DNA of 64,000 nt, taken from NCBI GenBank assembly GCA_049294375.1, contig JBAQCT010000155.1:5974-69973 (forward strand), given 5' to 3'. Numbering within the stretch: position 1 is the stretch's first letter; each line of letters opens with the position of its first letter. Source of the DNA: Gallionella sp. Its GTDB lineage: Bacteria > Pseudomonadota > Gammaproteobacteria > Burkholderiales > Gallionellaceae. The notes beneath the pieces were generated by a model. It saw nothing but the letters and a program-made list of their open reading frames with translations, was not told the DNA's origin and did no database searches. The position numbers and the translations under genes are program-made. Positions 1-12,645 of this stretch are shown here, piece after piece.

Positions 1-2
1 TT

Positions 3-1203
<1,201 letters not shown>

Positions 1204-1237
1204 ATCAACACCCCTAAAATCGATTCACCAACCTTAA

Positions 1238-1498
<261 letters not shown>

Positions 1499-1542
1499 TT
1501 TCCACATAAGCGACAACGCATAATTCAGGAAAGGTAGCTTGC

Positions 1543-2013
1543 ATGAATATCAATGCAACTCTTCTCGCCCAAACGATCATGTTTGCGCTGTTCGTGTGGT
1601 TCTGCATGAAGTTTGTCTGGCCGCCCATCGTGGCTGCGCTGGAGGAACGCAAAAAGCAGATCGCAGATGGCTTGGCGGATGCTGAACGGGCGAAGCACGA
1701 CCTGGAACTGGCCGCCAAGCGCTCCGCCGAAATTCTGCGCGAGGCCAAGGAAAAGGCCGGTGAAATTGTCAGTCATGGCGAAAAACGCGCCAGTGAAATT
1801 ATCGAAGAAGCCAAGACGCAGGCCAAACTGGAAGGCGATCGTCTCATCACGGGCGCCAAGGCTGAAATCGAGCAGGAAGTCTTTCGCGCCAGGGAGCAGT
1901 TGCGCACGCAGGTATCGGCAATCGCGCTGGCGGGCGCCGGCAAGATTCTCGGTCGCGAGATCGATGCGAAGGCGCACAACGATTTGCTCGATAAACTGGT
2001 TGCGGAAATCTGA
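1543..2013 (+). CDS. atpF: F0F1 ATP synthase subunit b
   Basis: 156 aa. One N-terminal TM helix is followed by a long charged Ala/Glu/Lys/Arg-rich helix. Operon position matches. Confidence 0.94.
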   Translation: MNINATLLAQTIMFALFVWFCMKFVWPPIVAALEERKKQIADGLADAERAKHDLELAAKRSAEILREAKEKAGEIVSHGEKRASEIIEEAKTQAKLEGDRLITGAKAEIEQEVFRAREQLRTQVSAIALAGAGKILGREIDAKAHNDLLDKLVAEI

Positions 2014-2018
2014 ACGCC

Positions 2019-2552
2019 ATGTCCGAATCCATTACCATTGCACGGCCTTACGCGCAGGCGGCATTTGAAGAAGCGCAAAAACTGTCAGACCTGAAGGGCT
2101 GGTCGGATGCGCTGCTGTCTCTTGCGGAGACGGTCTGCCACCCCGAAGTGCGCGCGGTCGTTACCAGCCCGCGGGTCGCCAAGCGGCAACTCGAAAACCT
2201 GATGGAGGGCTTTCTGGGTACCCAGGCAAGACCCCAGTTGCGCAACTTCATCCGCGTATTGGTCGACAACCAGCGCCTGCTGGTGTTGCCGGAGATCGCG
2301 GCAACTTTCGAGATACTGCGCGCAGAGGCCGAGAAAACAGTCAATGTGGTGGTGGACTCGGCATTCGAGATGTCTGCCGCGCAACAGGAGAAAATCGTCA
2401 GGTCGCTGAAAGCGCGCCTGGGCCGCGAAATCAAGCTGTCTTGTAAAGTGAACAAGGAATTGCTTGGCGGTGTGGTGATCCGTGCCGGAGACAAGGTGAT
2501 CGATGGCTCTGCCCGCACACGCCTCGGTGAAATGGCAAACGCACTGGCATGA
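2019..2552 (+). CDS. atpH: F0F1 ATP synthase subunit delta (OSCP)
   Basis: 177 aa with an N-terminal RPYAQAAFE-type OSCP signature. Lies between atpF and atpA. Confidence 0.94.
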   Translation: MSESITIARPYAQAAFEEAQKLSDLKGWSDALLSLAETVCHPEVRAVVTSPRVAKRQLENLMEGFLGTQARPQLRNFIRVLVDNQRLLVLPEIAATFEILRAEAEKTVNVVVDSAFEMSAAQQEKIVRSLKARLGREIKLSCKVNKELLGGVVIRAGDKVIDGSARTRLGEMANALA

Positions 2553-2558
2553 TATGAA

Positions 2559-2702
2559 AGGGAACCTCTAAAAATTCAGAGTTCGCCCAAATGCAAGGCG
2601 CGGGAAAAATTTCGCTGCGCCGCATATGATTAATTATGTAAGCAAGAAATTTTTCCCGCAACGCAGCAGTTGGGATGAAATATGGATTTTTAGAGGTTCC
2701 CT
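2559..2702. repeat. Nested palindromic intergenic element (REP/MITE-like) in the atpH-atpA spacer
   Basis: Perfect 17-bp terminal inverted repeat: AGGGAACCTCTAAAAAT (2559-2575) pairs with ATTTTTAGAGGTTCCCT (2686-2702). Perfect inner 14-bp inverted repeat: GCGGGAAAAATTTC (2600-2613) pairs with GAAATTTTTCCCGC (2646-2659). The segments between the arms are also partly complementary. Confidence 0.75.
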
Positions 2703-2730
2703 AAAGATTTATCAAGATAAGGAAATGTAG

Positions 2731-4272
2731 ATGAAGCTCAACCCTTCTGAAATAAGCAATTTGATTCGCAGCCGCATCGAAAATTTCGAGGCGCTAACGC
2801 AGGCGCGCACCGAAGGTACGGTGGTCAGCGTGACCGACGGTATTGTCCGCGTACACGGGCTTTCCGACGTGATGCAAGGTGAAATGCTGGAATTTCCCGG
2901 CAATACGTTTGGCTTGGCGCTGAATCTTGAGCGCGATTCTGTCGGTGCGGTGGTGCTCGGCGAATACGAGCACATTACCGAAGGCGACACGGTCAAGTGT
3001 ACCGGGCGTATCCTGGAAGTGCCCGTCGGCCCGGAATTGTGCGGGCGCGTGGTGAACTCGCTCGGCCAGCCGATCGACGGCAAGGGGCCGATTGGTGCCA
3101 AGATGACCGACAAGATCGAAAAGGTGGCGCCGGGCGTGATCGCGCGTAAATCGGTCGAACAGCCCGTGCAAACCGGCCTGAAGTCGATCGACTCCATGGT
3201 GCCAATCGGACGCGGCCAGCGCGAATTGATTATCGGCGACCGCCAGACCGGCAAGACTGCCGTGGCGGTGGATGCCATCATCAACCAGAAGGGTCAGAAC
3301 ATGACCTGCGTCTACGTCGCGATCGGTCAAAAAGCTTCGACCATCGCCAACGTGGTGCGCAAACTGGAAGAGCACGGTGCCTTGGGTTACACCATTGTGG
3401 TTGCGGCAACCGCTTCGGATTCCGCAGCAATGCAATTCCTCGCGCCTTATGCAGGTTGCACCATGGGCGAGTATTTCCGCGACCGCGGCCAGGATGCGCT
3501 GATCGTTTACGATGATCTGACCAAGCAAGCCTGGGCATATCGTCAAATTTCCCTGTTGCTGCGTCGCCCGCCCGGTCGTGAAGCCTATCCCGGCGACGTG
3601 TTTTACCTGCACTCCCGTTTGCTGGAGCGTGCGGCACGTGTGAATGCCGACTATGTGGAAAAGTTCACCAACGGCGAAGTCAAGGGCAAGACCGGTTCGC
3701 TGACCGCGCTGCCGATCATTGAAACGCAGGCGGGCGACGTGTCCGCCTTCGTGCCGACCAACGTAATTTCCATTACCGATGGCCAGATATTCCTGGAAAC
3801 CGATTTGTTCAACGCAGGTATCCGCCCCGCGATCAACGCCGGTGTTTCGGTGTCACGCGTAGGGGGTGCCGCGCAAACCAAGGTGATCAAGAAGCTCGGT
3901 GGTGGCGTGCGCCTGGCATTGGCGCAGTATCGTGAGTTGGCGGCGTTCGCGCAGTTCGCTTCGGATCTGGACGAAGCCACCCGCAAGCAACTGGAGCGCG
4001 GCCGTCTGGTTACAGAACTGATGAAGCAGTTGCAATATGCGCCCTTGTCGGTTGCCGATATGGCCGTCACGCTGTTCTCGGTCAACAAGGGCTACTTCGA
4101 CGATGTGTCGGTGCCCAAGGCGTTGGCGTTCGAGTCGGCGCTGCACACTTACCTGAAATCCAGCAACAAGAGCCTGCTGGACGCGATCGAGTCCACCAAG
4201 GATCTGAACGCGGACAACGAAAAATTGTTAGCGGCGGCAATCGAGAAATTCAAGGCAACGGCTGTTTATTGA
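2731..4272 (+). CDS. atpA: F0F1 ATP synthase subunit alpha
   Basis: 513 aa with Walker [10 protein letters not shown] and a typical alpha-subunit sequence throughout. Confidence 0.98.
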   Translation: MKLNPSEISNLIRSRIENFEALTQARTEGTVVSVTDGIVRVHGLSDVMQGEMLEFPGNTFGLALNLERDSVGAVVLGEYEHITEGDTVKCTGRILEVPVGPELCGRVVNSLGQPIDGKGPIGAKMTDKIEKVAPGVIARKSVEQPVQTGLKSIDSMVPIGRGQRELIIGDRQTGKTAVAVDAIINQKGQNMTCVYVAIGQKASTIANVVRKLEEHGALGYTIVVAATASDSAAMQFLAPYAGCTMGEYFRDRGQDALIVYDDLTKQAWAYRQISLLLRRPPGREAYPGDVFYLHSRLLERAARVNADYVEKFTNGEVKGKTGSLTALPIIETQAGDVSAFVPTNVISITDGQIFLETDLFNAGIRPAINAGVSVSRVGGAAQTKVIKKLGGGVRLALAQYRELAAFAQFASDLDEATRKQLERGRLVTELMKQLQYAPLSVADMAVTLFSVNKGYFDDVSVPKALAFESALHTYLKSSNKSLLDAIESTKDLNADNEKLLAAAIEKFKATAVY

Positions 4273-4285
4273 GTTGGGGTGAGGA

Positions 4286-5152
4286 ATGGCTGGTAGCAAA
4301 GAGATACGCGCGAAAATCAAGAGCGTAGAAAATACGCGCAAGATCACGCGCGCCATGGAAATGGTCGCTGCGGCGAAAATGCGCAAGGCGCAAGAGCGCA
4401 TGCGCGCGGCGCGGCCCTATGCGGAAAAAATCCGTAATGTTGCGGCGCACCTGTCGCGCGCTAACCCGGAATACAAGCACCCGTTTCTGGTTCATCGCGA
4501 GGGCGTCAAAAATGTAGGCCTGATAGCGGTAACTTCCGATAAGGGGCTGTGCGGCGGTTTGAATACCAACATTTTGCGTCTCGCGGTAGGACGCATGAAG
4601 GCTTGGGAAGGCGAAGGAAAGGGTATTCTGGTTTGCCCGATCGGCAGCAAGGGGTTGGGTTTCATGACGCGCATCGGTGCCAAGGTCAAGTCCAATATGA
4701 CCGGGTTGGGGGATACGCCGCGCATCGAAAAGTTGATCGGCACGGTGAAGGTGATGCTGGACGCTTATGTGAACGGCGAGATCGACGCCATCTACCTGAG
4801 CTACAACCGGTTCTTCAACACCATGAAGCAAGAGCCCTGCATGGAGCAATTGCTGCCGCTGAGCGGTGAGAAGATGGGAACCTCGGAGGGTAGCTGGGAT
4901 TATATTTACGAGCCAGAAGCCAAGCTGGTGATCGACGAGTTGCTGGTGCGCTATATCGAATCGCTGGTCTACCAGGCGGTCGTCGAGAACATGGCCTCCG
5001 AGCAAAGCGCGCGGATGGTGGCGATGAAAGCCGCGTCGGATAACGCCAAGAGCGTGATCGGCGATCTCAAGCTGATTTACAACAAGGCGCGCCAAGCGGC
5101 GATTACCCGCGAAATCTCGGAAATTGTCAGCGGTGCGGCGGCGGTTGGCTGA
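4286..5152 (+). CDS. atpG: F0F1 ATP synthase subunit gamma
   Basis: 288 aa with N-terminal [27 protein letters not shown] and C-terminal [19 protein letters not shown] gamma signatures. Confidence 0.97.
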   Translation: MAGSKEIRAKIKSVENTRKITRAMEMVAAAKMRKAQERMRAARPYAEKIRNVAAHLSRANPEYKHPFLVHREGVKNVGLIAVTSDKGLCGGLNTNILRLAVGRMKAWEGEGKGILVCPIGSKGLGFMTRIGAKVKSNMTGLGDTPRIEKLIGTVKVMLDAYVNGEIDAIYLSYNRFFNTMKQEPCMEQLLPLSGEKMGTSEGSWDYIYEPEAKLVIDELLVRYIESLVYQAVVENMASEQSARMVAMKAASDNAKSVIGDLKLIYNKARQAAITREISEIVSGAAAVG

Positions 5153-6619
<1,467 letters not shown>

Positions 6620-6639
6620 TAGTGTAAAAGGGGAACAGC

Positions 6640-7068
6640 ATGGCAATGACCGTACATGTCGACGTGGTTAGCGCGGAAGAAGCCATTTTCTCCGGGCTGG
6701 CGGAAATGATCGTTGTGCCCGGTGAAATGGGCGAACTGGGTATTTATCCGCGCCATACCGCGTTGATGACGCGCATCAAGCCTGGCTCGGTCAGGATCAA
6801 GCGACCTGATCAGCAGCAGGATGAGCTTATCTACGTTTCAGGCGGCATGCTCGAAGTGCAGCCCGGCGTAGTGACCATCTTGGCCGACACGGCAATACGC
6901 GGCGCCGACCTCGACGAAGCGCGCGCGCTCGAAGCGAAGCAGGCTGCGGAAGATGCGATGAGGAACCGCGCCTCCGATATCGATTACGCACAGGCGCAAG
7001 GCGAGTTGGCAGAAGCTATTGCCCAGTTGCGCGCGATCCAGCAACTGCGCAAGCAGACAGCGCACTAA
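6640..7068 (+). CDS. atpC: F0F1 ATP synthase subunit epsilon
   Basis: 142 aa. An N-terminal beta-sandwich region ([13 protein letters not shown]) is followed by a C-terminal helical hairpin. Last gene of the operon. Confidence 0.95.
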   Translation: MAMTVHVDVVSAEEAIFSGLAEMIVVPGEMGELGIYPRHTALMTRIKPGSVRIKRPDQQQDELIYVSGGMLEVQPGVVTILADTAIRGADLDEARALEAKQAAEDAMRNRASDIDYAQAQGELAEAIAQLRAIQQLRKQTAH

Positions 7069-7075
7069 TCGGTAC

Positions 7076-7093
7076 GCTCAGCTTTGGCTGAGC
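7076..7093. terminator. Short hairpin at the convergent atpC / glycosyltransferase junction (possible bidirectional terminator)
   Basis: GCTCAGC (7076-7082), loop TTTG, GCTGAGC (7087-7093): a perfect 7-bp stem. It overlaps the minus-strand stop codon at 7078-7080. There is no U-tract on either side, so intrinsic-terminator strength is doubtful. Confidence 0.35.
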
Positions 7094-8211
7094 AGTTCGC
7101 CGTAAAGCGCCAGTACGCCCTGAGTGATCTTGTCGCTGGGAAATAATTCCAGCGCACGCACCCTTGCCGCTTTGCCCATTTGCCGACGCAAATCCCTGTT
7201 TTCTATGAGTTCAAGCAAAGCATGCTTGAGTGCAGCGGTATCGCCCGCCGGAAACAGCAATCCTGTCTTGCCTTCTTCAATCGCATCGGTAATGCCGTAT
7301 ATTCGTGAAGCGACAGAAGGGACTCCACTTGCGCCGGCCTCAATAATGACTTGACCGAAACCCTCACGATGGCTTGGCAGGCAAAAAATGTCAGCGGTAG
7401 CCATGTAACGCTCAGGAGTAGGAGTGAAGCTAACTCTGCGCAACCTGTCGCTGTGCTTTCCGCAGATTGCTTGTAGGTTGACGAAAGGAAAATCTTCTTC
7501 GGCGCCCACCAGCACCAGCATGACATCGGCGTGATGCGACGCTATATCGGCAAATGCGGCGGCAAGCTCAGGCATTCCCTTGTCGCGGTTCAGCCTTCCC
7601 AAAAACAGGATTACAGTTTGCTCCAGGCCGATATTCAGCTCTGCGCGTACCGCTTTATTTGTTGGCATATTGGGGTGAAACCGATGTGCATCGATTCCGC
7701 AGATGGAGCCGTGCTCAATAACCATGCCCTTTCCTTGCGGCAAAACGCCTTCGGAAACCAGAAAGTCACGCTGCGAGGGGCTGTCCACCAGAATGTGCGT
7801 CGCAAACAAGACGATCAATTTGTCGAACTGTTTGAGTATCCGGCGCCTCCACCCGCGCTTGCTCGCCCAAACTTGCCCAGTAAAGGTATGGATCCGGTTC
7901 GGGACACCGGCCAGCCAGGCAGCCAGCATCGACAGAAATCCTGTTTTCGGCATGATGGAATGAACCAGATCGAAGCGTTCACGGCGGAACAACATCACGA
8001 GTTGAACCAAAGTTAGCAAATCGCGCCAAGGCGATACCTTGCGTTCGATAGACAGCGGGATGAAGGATGCAGGTATATCGCGCAACAGCTCGGCATCTAT
8101 GGGTGCGCTGACTATGCTGACCGTCCACTTTTGGGCACAGCTGCTGATATGCTCTTTCAAAAAGGAATGCAATACAGCCGGGACGGTTGCGACGAAGCAA
8201 AGCTTTTTCAT
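7078..8211 (-). CDS. Glycosyltransferase, GT-B fold (family 1/4-like)
   Basis: The C-terminal region CLPSHREGFGQVIIEAGASGVPSVASRIYGITDAIEEGKTGLLF is the classic GT4/GT1 E-x7-E donor-binding block. The track ORF runs to 8349. The likely start is the ATG at 8211 (MKKLCFVATV...), which sits directly after the upstream stop at 8213-8215. Confidence 0.85.
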   Translation of the reverse strand: MKKLCFVATVPAVLHSFLKEHISSCAQKWTVSIVSAPIDAELLRDIPASFIPLSIERKVSPWRDLLTLVQLVMLFRRERFDLVHSIMPKTGFLSMLAAWLAGVPNRIHTFTGQVWASKRGWRRRILKQFDKLIVLFATHILVDSPSQRDFLVSEGVLPQGKGMVIEHGSICGIDAHRFHPNMPTNKAVRAELNIGLEQTVILFLGRLNRDKGMPELAAAFADIASHHADVMLVLVGAEEDFPFVNLQAICGKHSDRLRRVSFTPTPERYMATADIFCLPSHREGFGQVIIEAGASGVPSVASRIYGITDAIEEGKTGLLFPAGDTAALKHALLELIENRDLRRQMGKAARVRALELFPSDKITQGVLALYGELLSQS

Positions 8212-8212
8212 T

Positions 8213-9172
8213 TTAATTCGCATGCTGTAATTTTTGCTTATATGCAGCCACCAGTTCGCGTAGCCCGTCTTCCATTGAAATAGCATGGCGATAATCCAGC
8301 TCTTGCTGAATGCGCAATATCGGATAAACCGAGCGATTATCCAGTGCATTGACTCTTGACGGGGTAAGGGGGAATCCGGGCATTTTGCCTAAAGTGATGG
8401 CGGCCAAATGTGAGATCGGCTTTGGAAGCCTTAGCCGTGGCGGTGGGCGGTCAAGCGCCCCGGCTATGGTTTCAACGAAATGCTCCATGGTGCAGTGATC
8501 GGAAAGGTTGTATACCCTACCTTTGGCTTGCTGCATGGTTCCGCAACGTATCAACCCATCGACCACATTATCGACATGAATGTAATTTGCGGATGAGCCG
8601 TGTTTCCCGATATAGAAAAACAGGCCACGGTCAATCATGGCGATCATGTTGAACAACGACTGGTTTGTCATTTTAGCGCCGAACACATTGGAGGGGCGCA
8701 AAATCGAATAGCTGAAGCCGCCTTTGCTTGCAGCTTCCATCACGATTCTGTCCGATTCGGCCTTGGTGATCTCATACTGCCCGACCGGGTTTAGCGGCGA
8801 ATCTTCCGTGACGATCCCTTGCATGACCGGGCCATACACACCGACACTGCTCAGTTGTACCCAATGGGGTACACGACGAGAGGCCGCTTCGGCCAGTTTA
8901 TGCGTCGCATCGACATGCAATGCGCGCATGGCATGCTGGTTCTTTAGTTGTCCCGCACAATGGTAAAGAACGTCTACGCCATTTAGCATGGCCGAGAGTT
9001 CGCTGGCTCCTGTTGTTATCAGGTCACATTCACGCACTTCAACGGCGGAGCGCTTTTCCGATAACATCGGACTGTGCCGCGTTAAGAGCCGAACTGTGTC
9101 ACCTTGTTCGACAAGGCGGGCGACAAGTTTTTTTCCAATAAAACCTGTTCCACCAGTGATTGCGATAATCAT
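8213..9172 (-). CDS. NAD-dependent nucleotide-sugar epimerase/dehydratase (extended SDR)
   Basis: N-terminal Rossmann ITGGTGFIGKKLV and catalytic YEITK (YxxxK). Confidence 0.85.
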   Translation of the reverse strand: MIIAITGGTGFIGKKLVARLVEQGDTVRLLTRHSPMLSEKRSAVEVRECDLITTGASELSAMLNGVDVLYHCAGQLKNQHAMRALHVDATHKLAEAASRRVPHWVQLSSVGVYGPVMQGIVTEDSPLNPVGQYEITKAESDRIVMEAASKGGFSYSILRPSNVFGAKMTNQSLFNMIAMIDRGLFFYIGKHGSSANYIHVDNVVDGLIRCGTMQQAKGRVYNLSDHCTMEHFVETIAGALDRPPPRLRLPKPISHLAAITLGKMPGFPLTPSRVNALDNRSVYPILRIQQELDYRHAISMEDGLRELVAAYKQKLQHAN

Positions 9173-9213
9173 CTCTGCCTATCCATCGAGTCCAGAGCAG
9201 CAGAAGCGCCCAC

Positions 9214-10113
9214 TTAGAATTTTGCGCCAAAAAATCGGCGTGTTGGGCCATTCCCCCAAAGAGCGGATGGGTCTGTGACAAAACCATGCAGGATCATCTT
9301 CAAACCTGCCCAGAAAGAGTCGGCGCTTAGGGTGGCGATCCCAAGCTTAATTTCTGCAATTGCCATTGTGCGACGATTGAGTCGGCGTGCCTTGGCGCTC
9401 AACTGCAGCGTATCAGCAGCTTGCTTGAATAGTAATAATAGTTCGTTAGCAATCAGGGTTTGATATTTTCTGGAGCGTGTCATGCTGGCAGTCAGCACTC
9501 TTAACTGACACAGGTAGTCAGCTATCATCGCAATTTTGGCGCGTTGAGCCAGCGCCAGCGTCAGTCCGAAGTCTTGCGCCCAGACTATATTTTCAGGATA
9601 TCCGCCCGCTTCATGCGCCAATTGGCACCGATACATGGCTGATGAATGGATAATCGGATTGGTCCACCCCAGACAATCCTGCAGCTCTTGCCGGTCGGAG
9701 GGCGGCTTGAATTCGTCAAATATTTTTCCTTTTTCATCAATATATTGCGCCCAAGAACCTACAAGTGCTACATCAGGGTGTTGCTTCAAAAATGCCACTT
9801 GTCTCGCCAGGCGATCAGGATGCGAAATATCGTCGGCATCGAGTACGGCTACAAACTCGCCGCGAATTTGCTGAAAGGCCTGTATCCTGGCTGGGCCGAG
9901 TTCAGTATGTTCACTGGCGTAAAAATACCGTATACGGCGATCAGCGTAGCTTTTGCAGATTGCTGCGCTATCGTCTGTCGACTGGTTATCCCAAAATACC
10001 AGCTCCCAATTCTGGTAGGTCTGAGCCAATACGCTGTCCAACGCTGCGCGAAGATACTTTTCTCCGTTGTAACAGTTCATCAGGACGCTGACGAGGGGTT
10101 GATCAAGCTGCAC
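9214..10113 (-). CDS. Glycosyltransferase family 2
   Basis: VSVLMNCYNGEKYLRAALDSVLAQTYQNWELVFWDNQSTDDS plus DxD (VLDADDIS). The track ORF extends to 10287 inside the upstream gene. The likely start is GTG 10113 or ATG 10080. Confidence 0.85.
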   Translation of the reverse strand: MQLDQPLVSVLMNCYNGEKYLRAALDSVLAQTYQNWELVFWDNQSTDDSAAICKSYADRRIRYFYASEHTELGPARIQAFQQIRGEFVAVLDADDISHPDRLARQVAFLKQHPDVALVGSWAQYIDEKGKIFDEFKPPSDRQELQDCLGWTNPIIHSSAMYRCQLAHEAGGYPENIVWAQDFGLTLALAQRAKIAMIADYLCQLRVLTASMTRSRKYQTLIANELLLLFKQAADTLQLSAKARRLNRRTMAIAEIKLGIATLSADSFWAGLKMILHGFVTDPSALWGNGPTRRFFGAKF

Positions 10114-11026
10114 CGTCTTGGTTCCTGTAATATTCGATAGCCCTCGCAAGACCCTCCTCAAGCGGCACCTGTGGTGACCAGCCGAGCAACTCATGCGCGA
10201 GATGGGTATCAGCCCACAGCGCCATATTTTCCCCCTGGCGGTATGGAATCTTTCCAAAATCCGGCTGCCCCTGCCCGACCAGTGCACAAACCTGTTCGAT
10301 CATGGAACGGATGCTCACCGGTATACCGGAAGCCAGGTTAATCACCTGACCACAGGCTTCCGGGGCGTGCAGCGCACGCAGAATACCCTCCACGATATCG
10401 TCTATATAGCAAAAATCCCGTAATTGCCTGCCTTCCGAGACTGGGAAACAACGATTCTGGAGGCAGCCGCGAATAACCTGAGGCAGGAAGCGCTTTGCAT
10501 CCTGCCCTGGGCCGTAGGCCAGAAAGATGCGCAGCGTCACGGACGGAAAGCGTTCGGTGCGCCAGAGCATTTGCAGAAAATGGGCAGCAGCTACCTTGGC
10601 CAGTGAGTAGGGCGAGATGGGCGCCTCGCGGATTGTCTCCGATTGCGGAGCTGCCGCTGCGCCGTATTCATCACCGCTGCCGATTTGCACAAAGCGTTTC
10701 AGGCAACTTAGATCAACAGTATCCAGGAGGTTTTGGACGCCTTCAAAATGTGCTGCGATAAGATCCCTGCCGCCTGAGAAGTAGGAGCGGTGGTCAACAT
10801 AACCGCCGCAATTCACCAGATATTCGAATGGTTTTTCTGCAAGCAGGCCTTTAAGTGGCTCGCGATCGGCAAGATTGGCAGACAGGTAGTTGACCCCATC
10901 AAGGCCTTCCGCAGGCGCGTGCATGGAAAGAGAGGTGACTGTATGTCCCCTCGCTTGCGCTATCCTGCAAAGATTGTGCCCGATGAATCCGGTTCCGCCG
11001 ACCACTAGCATCCGGTTTGCCGTCAT
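10103..11026 (-). CDS. NAD(P)-dependent sugar epimerase/reductase (extended SDR); candidate CDP-4-keto-6-deoxyhexose 4-reductase
   Basis: VVGGTGFIGHNL Rossmann and YSLAK catalytic motif. The reductase role is inferred only from position downstream of rfbF-rfbG-epimerase. Confidence 0.75.
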   Translation of the reverse strand: MTANRMLVVGGTGFIGHNLCRIAQARGHTVTSLSMHAPAEGLDGVNYLSANLADREPLKGLLAEKPFEYLVNCGGYVDHRSYFSGGRDLIAAHFEGVQNLLDTVDLSCLKRFVQIGSGDEYGAAAAPQSETIREAPISPYSLAKVAAAHFLQMLWRTERFPSVTLRIFLAYGPGQDAKRFLPQVIRGCLQNRCFPVSEGRQLRDFCYIDDIVEGILRALHAPEACGQVINLASGIPVSIRSMIEQVCALVGQGQPDFGKIPYRQGENMALWADTHLAHELLGWSPQVPLEEGLARAIEYYRNQDGAA

Positions 11027-11123
11027 GGCGCCTCACCGGATAGCAGGATGTTGGCCACCGCATTCATGGCGCCCACGAATCCGACCGCAATTTTTCCGAA
11101 TCTAGCTGCACGGGCACATCGGC

Positions 11124-11573
11124 TCATCGGTGTTTAATTGCCCAATCATAGGGAATCGAAGGATCAAAAGGATCGCGGCGGTCTATTTCATCCGGCGAAT
11201 GCGGGATAGTGGCGCAGTTTGCGACGACAGCCATTTCCTTGCCGATACCCTTGAATCCATTCCACACCATAGTTGGCACGGTTACCAAGCAGTAATTGTC
11301 CGGCCCCATGAAAATTTCCTGTATCTCGCCATGAGTCGGGCTGTTTGGCCGCTCATCATAGAGCACAAACTTGATATTGCCATGGGGCACGGCATAATTC
11401 AGCGTCATTTCCTTGTGGATATGCCAGCCTTTGATGGCTCCGGGATGGACGCAGGAAAAATAGATTTCGCCGAACTGCTGGAAGGCAGGGTCGCCAACCT
11501 TGAGCATATGCATCACCTTGCCGCGTTCATCAAGAATTTGGCGCAAGGGTGTAATTCTGACTCCCTCAATCAT
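11124..11573 (-). CDS. RmlC-like cupin sugar 3,5- (or 5-/3-) epimerase
   Basis: The pattern DERGKVMHML...IKGWHIHKEM...KFVLYDERPNSPTHGE...VPTMVWNGF matches the dTDP-4-dehydrorhamnose 3,5-epimerase family layout by eye. The likely start is ATG 11573 (MIEGVRITPL), which overlaps the rfbG stop by 8 nt. The track ORF runs to 11657. Confidence 0.75.
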   Translation of the reverse strand: MIEGVRITPLRQILDERGKVMHMLKVGDPAFQQFGEIYFSCVHPGAIKGWHIHKEMTLNYAVPHGNIKFVLYDERPNSPTHGEIQEIFMGPDNYCLVTVPTMVWNGFKGIGKEMAVVANCATIPHSPDEIDRRDPFDPSIPYDWAIKHR

Positions 11574-12645
11574 CAACTTTCTCCATATAACATTCAATTT
11601 GTTCATTGCTGACCTTAACCGCCGGTTCGCCCGCAAGCACAGCTCGATACCAGTCAACGGTCTTGCTCACCGTCGCATCGAAATCCCAGCGCGGCCGCCA
11701 GCCCAGTACATGGCGCGCCTTGTCGCAATTCAAATGCAGCAGCCCTGCTTCATGCGGATCGCTGGCCGCACCCCGTATTTCAATCTTTCCCGAGCCCCAG
11801 CGCTCAATAATTTTCTGCGCCAATGCGTGCACGGTTTGCGTCGCCTCTCCATCCGGCCCAAAATTCCATGCTCCCGAAAATCGTGCAGGATCCCGCGCCA
11901 GCGCCGCAGCCAAAGCCATGTAGCCGCCCAGTGGTTCCAGCACATGCTGCCATGGCCGGGTAGACTGCGGCTTGCGCAGCACAATCGGTTCGCTGTTACG
12001 CAGGGCACGCAAACAATCCGGCACGATCCGGTCATCCGACCAGTCGCCGCCCCCAATCACATTGCCGGCGCGCACACTGGCATAGCCGAATCCTGGGCGC
12101 GATTGAAAAAATGAATTACCGTAGGCAGAAAGCACCAGCTCCGCCGCCGCCTTGGAAGCGCTATAAGGGTCATGGCCGCCCAATTCATCGTTCTCGCGGT
12201 AGCCCCATATCCATTCTCTGTTGCGATAGCACTTGTCCGACGTAATGTAGACGAGTGATTTCACCGAAGGTGTCTCGCGCACGCATTCAAGCAAATTCAC
12301 AGAACCGCCTATATTGGTATCGAACGTCTCCTTTGGGTCGCGGTAAGACCGCCGCACCAGCGCCTGCGCGGCAAGATGGAACACGAATTCGGGCTGTGCC
12401 GATTGGAAAAAAGCGCCCAGTCCGGCGCGGTCGCGGACATCACCATCATGGTGTGTAATGCGATCGCGCAAACCCAGTAAATTGAAGTGATCATCCTCGC
12501 GTTCAGCAGGCAATGCGTAACCGTAGACCTCGGCACCTGCCCCGGTTAGCCACAAGGCCAGCCATGAGCCCTTGAAACCAGTATCCCCGGTCAGCAAGAC
12601 ACGCTTGCCTCGAAATAAGGCAACGGCGGCTACCAGATCATCCAT
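11566..12645 (-). CDS. rfbG: CDP-glucose 4,6-dehydratase
   Basis: Hallmark blocks GKRVLLTGDTGFKGSWLALWL, ITSDKCYRNREWIWGYRE, YSASKAAAE, VRAGNVIGGGDW and RPWQHVLEPL. These match enterobacterial RfbG/DdhB closely from memory. Confidence 0.93.
   Translation of the reverse strand: MDDLVAAVALFRGKRVLLTGDTGFKGSWLALWLTGAGAEVYGYALPAEREDDHFNLLGLRDRITHHDGDVRDRAGLGAFFQSAQPEFVFHLAAQALVRRSYRDPKETFDTNIGGSVNLLECVRETPSVKSLVYITSDKCYRNREWIWGYRENDELGGHDPYSASKAAAELVLSAYGNSFFQSRPGFGYASVRAGNVIGGGDWSDDRIVPDCLRALRNSEPIVLRKPQSTRPWQHVLEPLGGYMALAAALARDPARFSGAWNFGPDGEATQTVHALAQKIIERWGSGKIEIRGAASDPHEAGLLHLNCDKARHVLGWRPRWDFDATVSKTVDWYRAVLAGEPAVKVSNEQIECYMEKVDD

Noticed and set aside
8212-8349. N-terminal extensions of track ORFs into upstream genes or gaps: 8212-8349, 10114-10287, 11574-11657, 19765-19794, 22717-22863, 28598-28669, 30880-30921, 33707-33751.
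   Set aside because: The extensions overlap the preceding gene or lack similarity to the family N-terminus. Internal ATG or GTG codons placed at or next to the upstream stop give canonical N-termini, e.g. MKKLCF, MIEGVRITPL, MPKALITT, MYKAAIIGCG.
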